This document shows, in pieces, positions 61,036 through 64,000 of a DNA stretch of 64,000 nt. The notes beneath the pieces are model-generated. The model was not told the DNA's origin. It did not search any database and saw nothing but the letters and a program-made list of their open reading frames with translations. Origin of the DNA: Leucoraja ocellata (Eukaryota); the NCBI GenBank assembly GCA_036785375.1, contig JAWMAR010000016.1, positions 744,001 through 808,000 of the forward strand. The letters are read 5' to 3'. Position numbers and translations under genes: made by a program. How positions within the stretch are numbered: position 1 is the first letter of the stretch; the number at the start of each line of letters is the position of its first letter.

Positions 61036-61842
61036 GTCTCTTCTCTTGGGGTCACCACCTTTAGTCTGTGTGCACTAAGCATTGACAGGTTTCGGTCTGC
61101 AACAACTATACAATCACAGCTCAGGCTGATAGAAAGTTGTCTATCTATTGTGGCTAAGATGGCAGTCATCTGGATAGGATCCATGTTATTAGGCCTCCCT
61201 GAGGTCCTCCTCTGGCAACTGAACCAAAAGACTTCCATTATCTCTGGAGTTATCACCGACTATTGCATGATTCAGACATCTTCGAATCTCCCCGAGCATA
61301 TCTATGGACTCGCACTAACCTACGAGAATTCCAGGATGTGGTGGTATTTCGGATGCTACTTTTGCTTGCCGATCATTTTCTCTGTAACCTGCCAGTTAGT
61401 GACAAGAAGGGTGAAAAGCACTGAAAAGAAATCTGACCTCAAAACTACATCTAAGCTGGGCCATTATGAAAGTCAAAGGAACTTTACCCTGATTGGCCTA
61501 ACCATCCTCTACGGCTGCTGTATCATTCCAGAAAACATCGCCAACATTGTGGTAGCTTATACATCTCCTGAAATCTCCAAGGAGACCATTGATTTACTCA
61601 ACATCATCAATCAATTCTTTCTGTTCTTTAAGTCGTCTGTAACCCCGGTGTTGGTTCTCTGCCTCTGTAAGCCTCTGGGCCGTGCCTTCATGGATTGCTG
61701 CTGCTGCTGCTGTGATGAATGTGCCCCAGAATCCACGGCATGTGACGTTCACGATAGCAAGTTGAAGATGGAAATGGCATCCATTTTCTGCGATAATCCG
61801 AAGGAAACAACAACAATGATGACTCTTGGTACCCAATGTTAA
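61036..61842 (+). CDS. gpr37l1: GPR37L1 coding exon 2 (TM3-TM7, poly-Cys tail, C-terminal GTQC)
   Basis: Acceptor ttttaacttccAG| at 61035. The exon opens VSSLGVTTFSLCALSIDRF in frame with exon 1 and contains MWWYFGCYFCLP, FLFFKSSVTPVL, MDCCCCCCDEC and LGTQC-stop, all family hallmarks. Confidence 0.95.
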   Translation, partial: VSSLGVTTFSLCALSIDRFRSATTIQSQLRLIESCLSIVAKMAVIWIGSMLLGLPEVLLWQLNQKTSIISGVITDYCMIQTSSNLPEHIYGLALTYENSRMWWYFGCYFCLPIIFSVTCQLVTRRVKSTEKKSDLKTTSKLGHYESQRNFTLIGLTILYGCCIIPENIANIVVAYTSPEISKETIDLLNIINQFFLFFKSSVTPVLVLCLCKPLGRAFMDCCCCCCDECAPESTACDVHDSKLKMEMASIFCDNPKETTTMMTLGTQC

Positions 61843-62546
61843 TGCAACGATCCTTCAAAATTGGAACGATTCTTTAAGGCTGAACAGTAATATCCATCAT
61901 CAGTAGACAGTTAATTATTTTACTTATCTGTGCACAGCAGTAGGTATTTTTAACTGCCTCTTGAACTAGTGCATTATCAGAAATTTAGTTAGCTCTGGTA
62001 AGTTCTTGCTATGACAGCAAACCAAGACTGTACATTAATAACCATTTTGTTGTGTTTCAGCTTCAGATTATTAAATCTTTTACTAAAACATGATGTCGGG
62101 AAGTATTAAAATGACATGTTATGGCAAAAAATAAGTAATGTACCCAAGTGTTCCAATAGTTTACAATAAAGTATGTCTAACATTCTAACAATCTTTAAAT
62201 TTAAATTTAAGAGTATCTATGGTAAGACACATTTAATCATTACTTATTATTTTTATATTGGGGTCAGCATTTACACAAGAACATTTTCCATTATGGTCAA
62301 AAGTAACATGTCCATTCTGTATGAAGTAACTTTTATTATTATGTTAGGTTTTAGGTCTGTTTTTATATATTTTTTGTTTTGTCCCACAGTATACAGACAA
62401 TATTGCTCATAGGAACTTATCTAAATTTTATAAACTTAGATATTTTTTGCATTCACAGTATATGTTGAAAAGGTAGTGGCTTCCGTATCATTGTAGGATA
62501 GGGATATATTTTGTTAGCACTGCTGTGTTAGCCTAGTAATGCGTTA

Positions 62547-62552
62547 AATAAA
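62547..62552 (+). promoter_or_regulatory. Candidate polyadenylation signal of gpr37l1 (alternative AATAAA at 62165-62170)
   Basis: AATAAA about 700 nt after the stop, followed by a T/GT-rich tract (tttgcttttgttttattttg). Confidence 0.5.
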
Positions 62553-62819
62553 AATATGACCAGATCTACTTGGTTTTCAATACATGGAACTTTGCTTTTG
62601 TTTTATTTTGCAAATTTTCAGATATTTAATTTTCTTTATATCCACACCCTTTAACTTGCTATTGGTATGTGCATCAAAAATATACCTTGATTGATATTAA
62701 AGAGCATAATTTAACTGCAAGCTGTCAGTTTTATGCTGGGAAACAGTATTTACAAACATAAAATTATCAGTATATGGTAACCCTAGATGACAATCTTTAT
62801 TATAAAATGACAATCCCTT

Positions 62820-62950
62820 TTCTTCCCTCCAGTTCCCTTCCCTATACTTTCAGTCTGAAGAAGGGTCCAGATGCGAGATGTCACCAATCCTTTTTCTCCA
62901 GAGATGCTGCCTGACCTGCTGAGTTACTCCAGCACTTTTATATCTATCCT
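62820..62950 (+). repeat. Penelope-derived unit with degenerate core
   Basis: cagtctgaagaagggtcc...gatgctgcctgacctgctgagttactccagc. Confidence 0.75.
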
Positions 62951-63029
62951 AGACGATATTGTTTTGCAATAATCGTGCAAGAAATTTAACTTCTACAAAG
63001 CCAAAATTGCACATTTTGTTTAGTTTGAG

Positions 63030-63420
63030 GTTTGTTATTGGCATGCGTACCAAGGTACAGTGAAAAGATTTGTTTTACATCCTATCCAATCAGATCAGAT
63101 AATACTCTACATAAATAGGATTAAATCAAACTCAAGTACAATAGAAAGAAGAAAAGGGAAGATACAGAATGCAGAATAGAGTTCTCAACGTTGTAGTGCA
63201 ACATGTTCTGTAGACAAAGTCCAATGTCCGCAGTGGGGTGGAGGTGAATTGGACAGTACCCCGGCTTATGGAAGGACTGTTCAGATGCCTGATAAATTCT
63301 GAACTGAGGGGAAGAAGCTGTTCCTGAGTCTGGCGATGCCCACTTACTAGCCCCAATAACATATGTCAGATGGGAGCAGAAAGAAAAAGGAATGGCCGGG
63401 GTGGGAAAAGCCTTTGTTAA
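63030..63420 (-). mobile_element. Rex1/L2-type LINE 3' end
   Basis: Reverse complement of the 16930-17135-type 3' UTR plus gaagaagctgttcctgagtctg. Confidence 0.65.
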
Positions 63421-63837
63421 ACAGCTTCAAAATTTAACGTTAGATTTAAGCAAGTGAAAATGCATTGACTATTGCTGATTAGAAGAGCACATTTCTATTC
63501 AACATTTATGCAAGTGAATATTACTTGCAGCAAAGCTATTCTGAATGGGTCTAAGAATTTGGCTGCTTTGAGGATGCAGTAATTGTCATTAATTAAAAGC
63601 TGAGAACACAGACAAGAATGTTTCTAGTCTACATTAATTTGGCCAGTCCTGGTCCTCGTGTTGGCTGAGGAACTTTAATTGTTCGGTAATCTTGGATGAA
63701 AAACAGAAGAATGTTGTAGCCCCTGTATAGTGCGTGTTTACATGTTAGAACAGAACTGGTTCAACTTAGGTCTGTACACATATATGGATAAGATTCAGCT
63801 CTGGGTGCTGTCTGAAGACAACATCCAACTACAAATA

Positions 63838-64000
63838 GAAGATAGACATACAATACTGGAGAAACACAGTGGGACAGGCAGCATCACTGGAGAAAAGGAA
63901 TGGGCGATGATTTGGGTGTAGTAGGGTCTCGAACCGAAATGTCACCCATTCCTTCTCTCCAGAGATGCTGCCTGTCCCGTGCCATTATTCCAGCATTTTG
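63838..64000. repeat. Inverted pair of Penelope-derived units, running off the window
   Basis: gggacaggcagcatc..ggagaa / ttctctccagagatgctgcctgtccc. Confidence 0.75.

Noticed and set aside
61150-61842. ORF-track start at 61150 as an independent gene
   Set aside because: It is an internal GTG codon of exon 2; coding homology begins at the AG acceptor at 61035

Overview
Vertebrate genomic DNA, almost certainly from a cartilaginous fish (skate/ray-like), judged from its repeats: HE1-type V-SINEs, CR1/HER1-type LINEs and a DeuSINE relic. The only host gene I can support is a two-exon class A GPCR, GPR37L1, on the + strand (CDS 55103-55888 joined to 61036-61842, about 530 aa). The rest is dense transposon debris: about 25 V-SINEs, CR1 and Rex1/Babar fragments, a Nimb-like LINE end, a CsRn1-type Gypsy LTR-gag relic with a -1 frameshift signal, four PIF/Harbinger MITEs, a probable Helitron end and a triple nest of GC-rich retroposons. 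The most notable signal is a short repeat of about 95-130 nt, roughly 35-40 copies by eye, derived from the 3' end of a Penelope-like element. It carries a minimal hammerhead-ribozyme core (CUGAAGA-A-GGGU-N4-ACCC-GAAA-CG-UC) and occurs as solo units with about 15-bp target-site duplications, as tandem copies and as inverted dimers. Repeat boundaries are approximate and family names come from motif recognition, not database searches.
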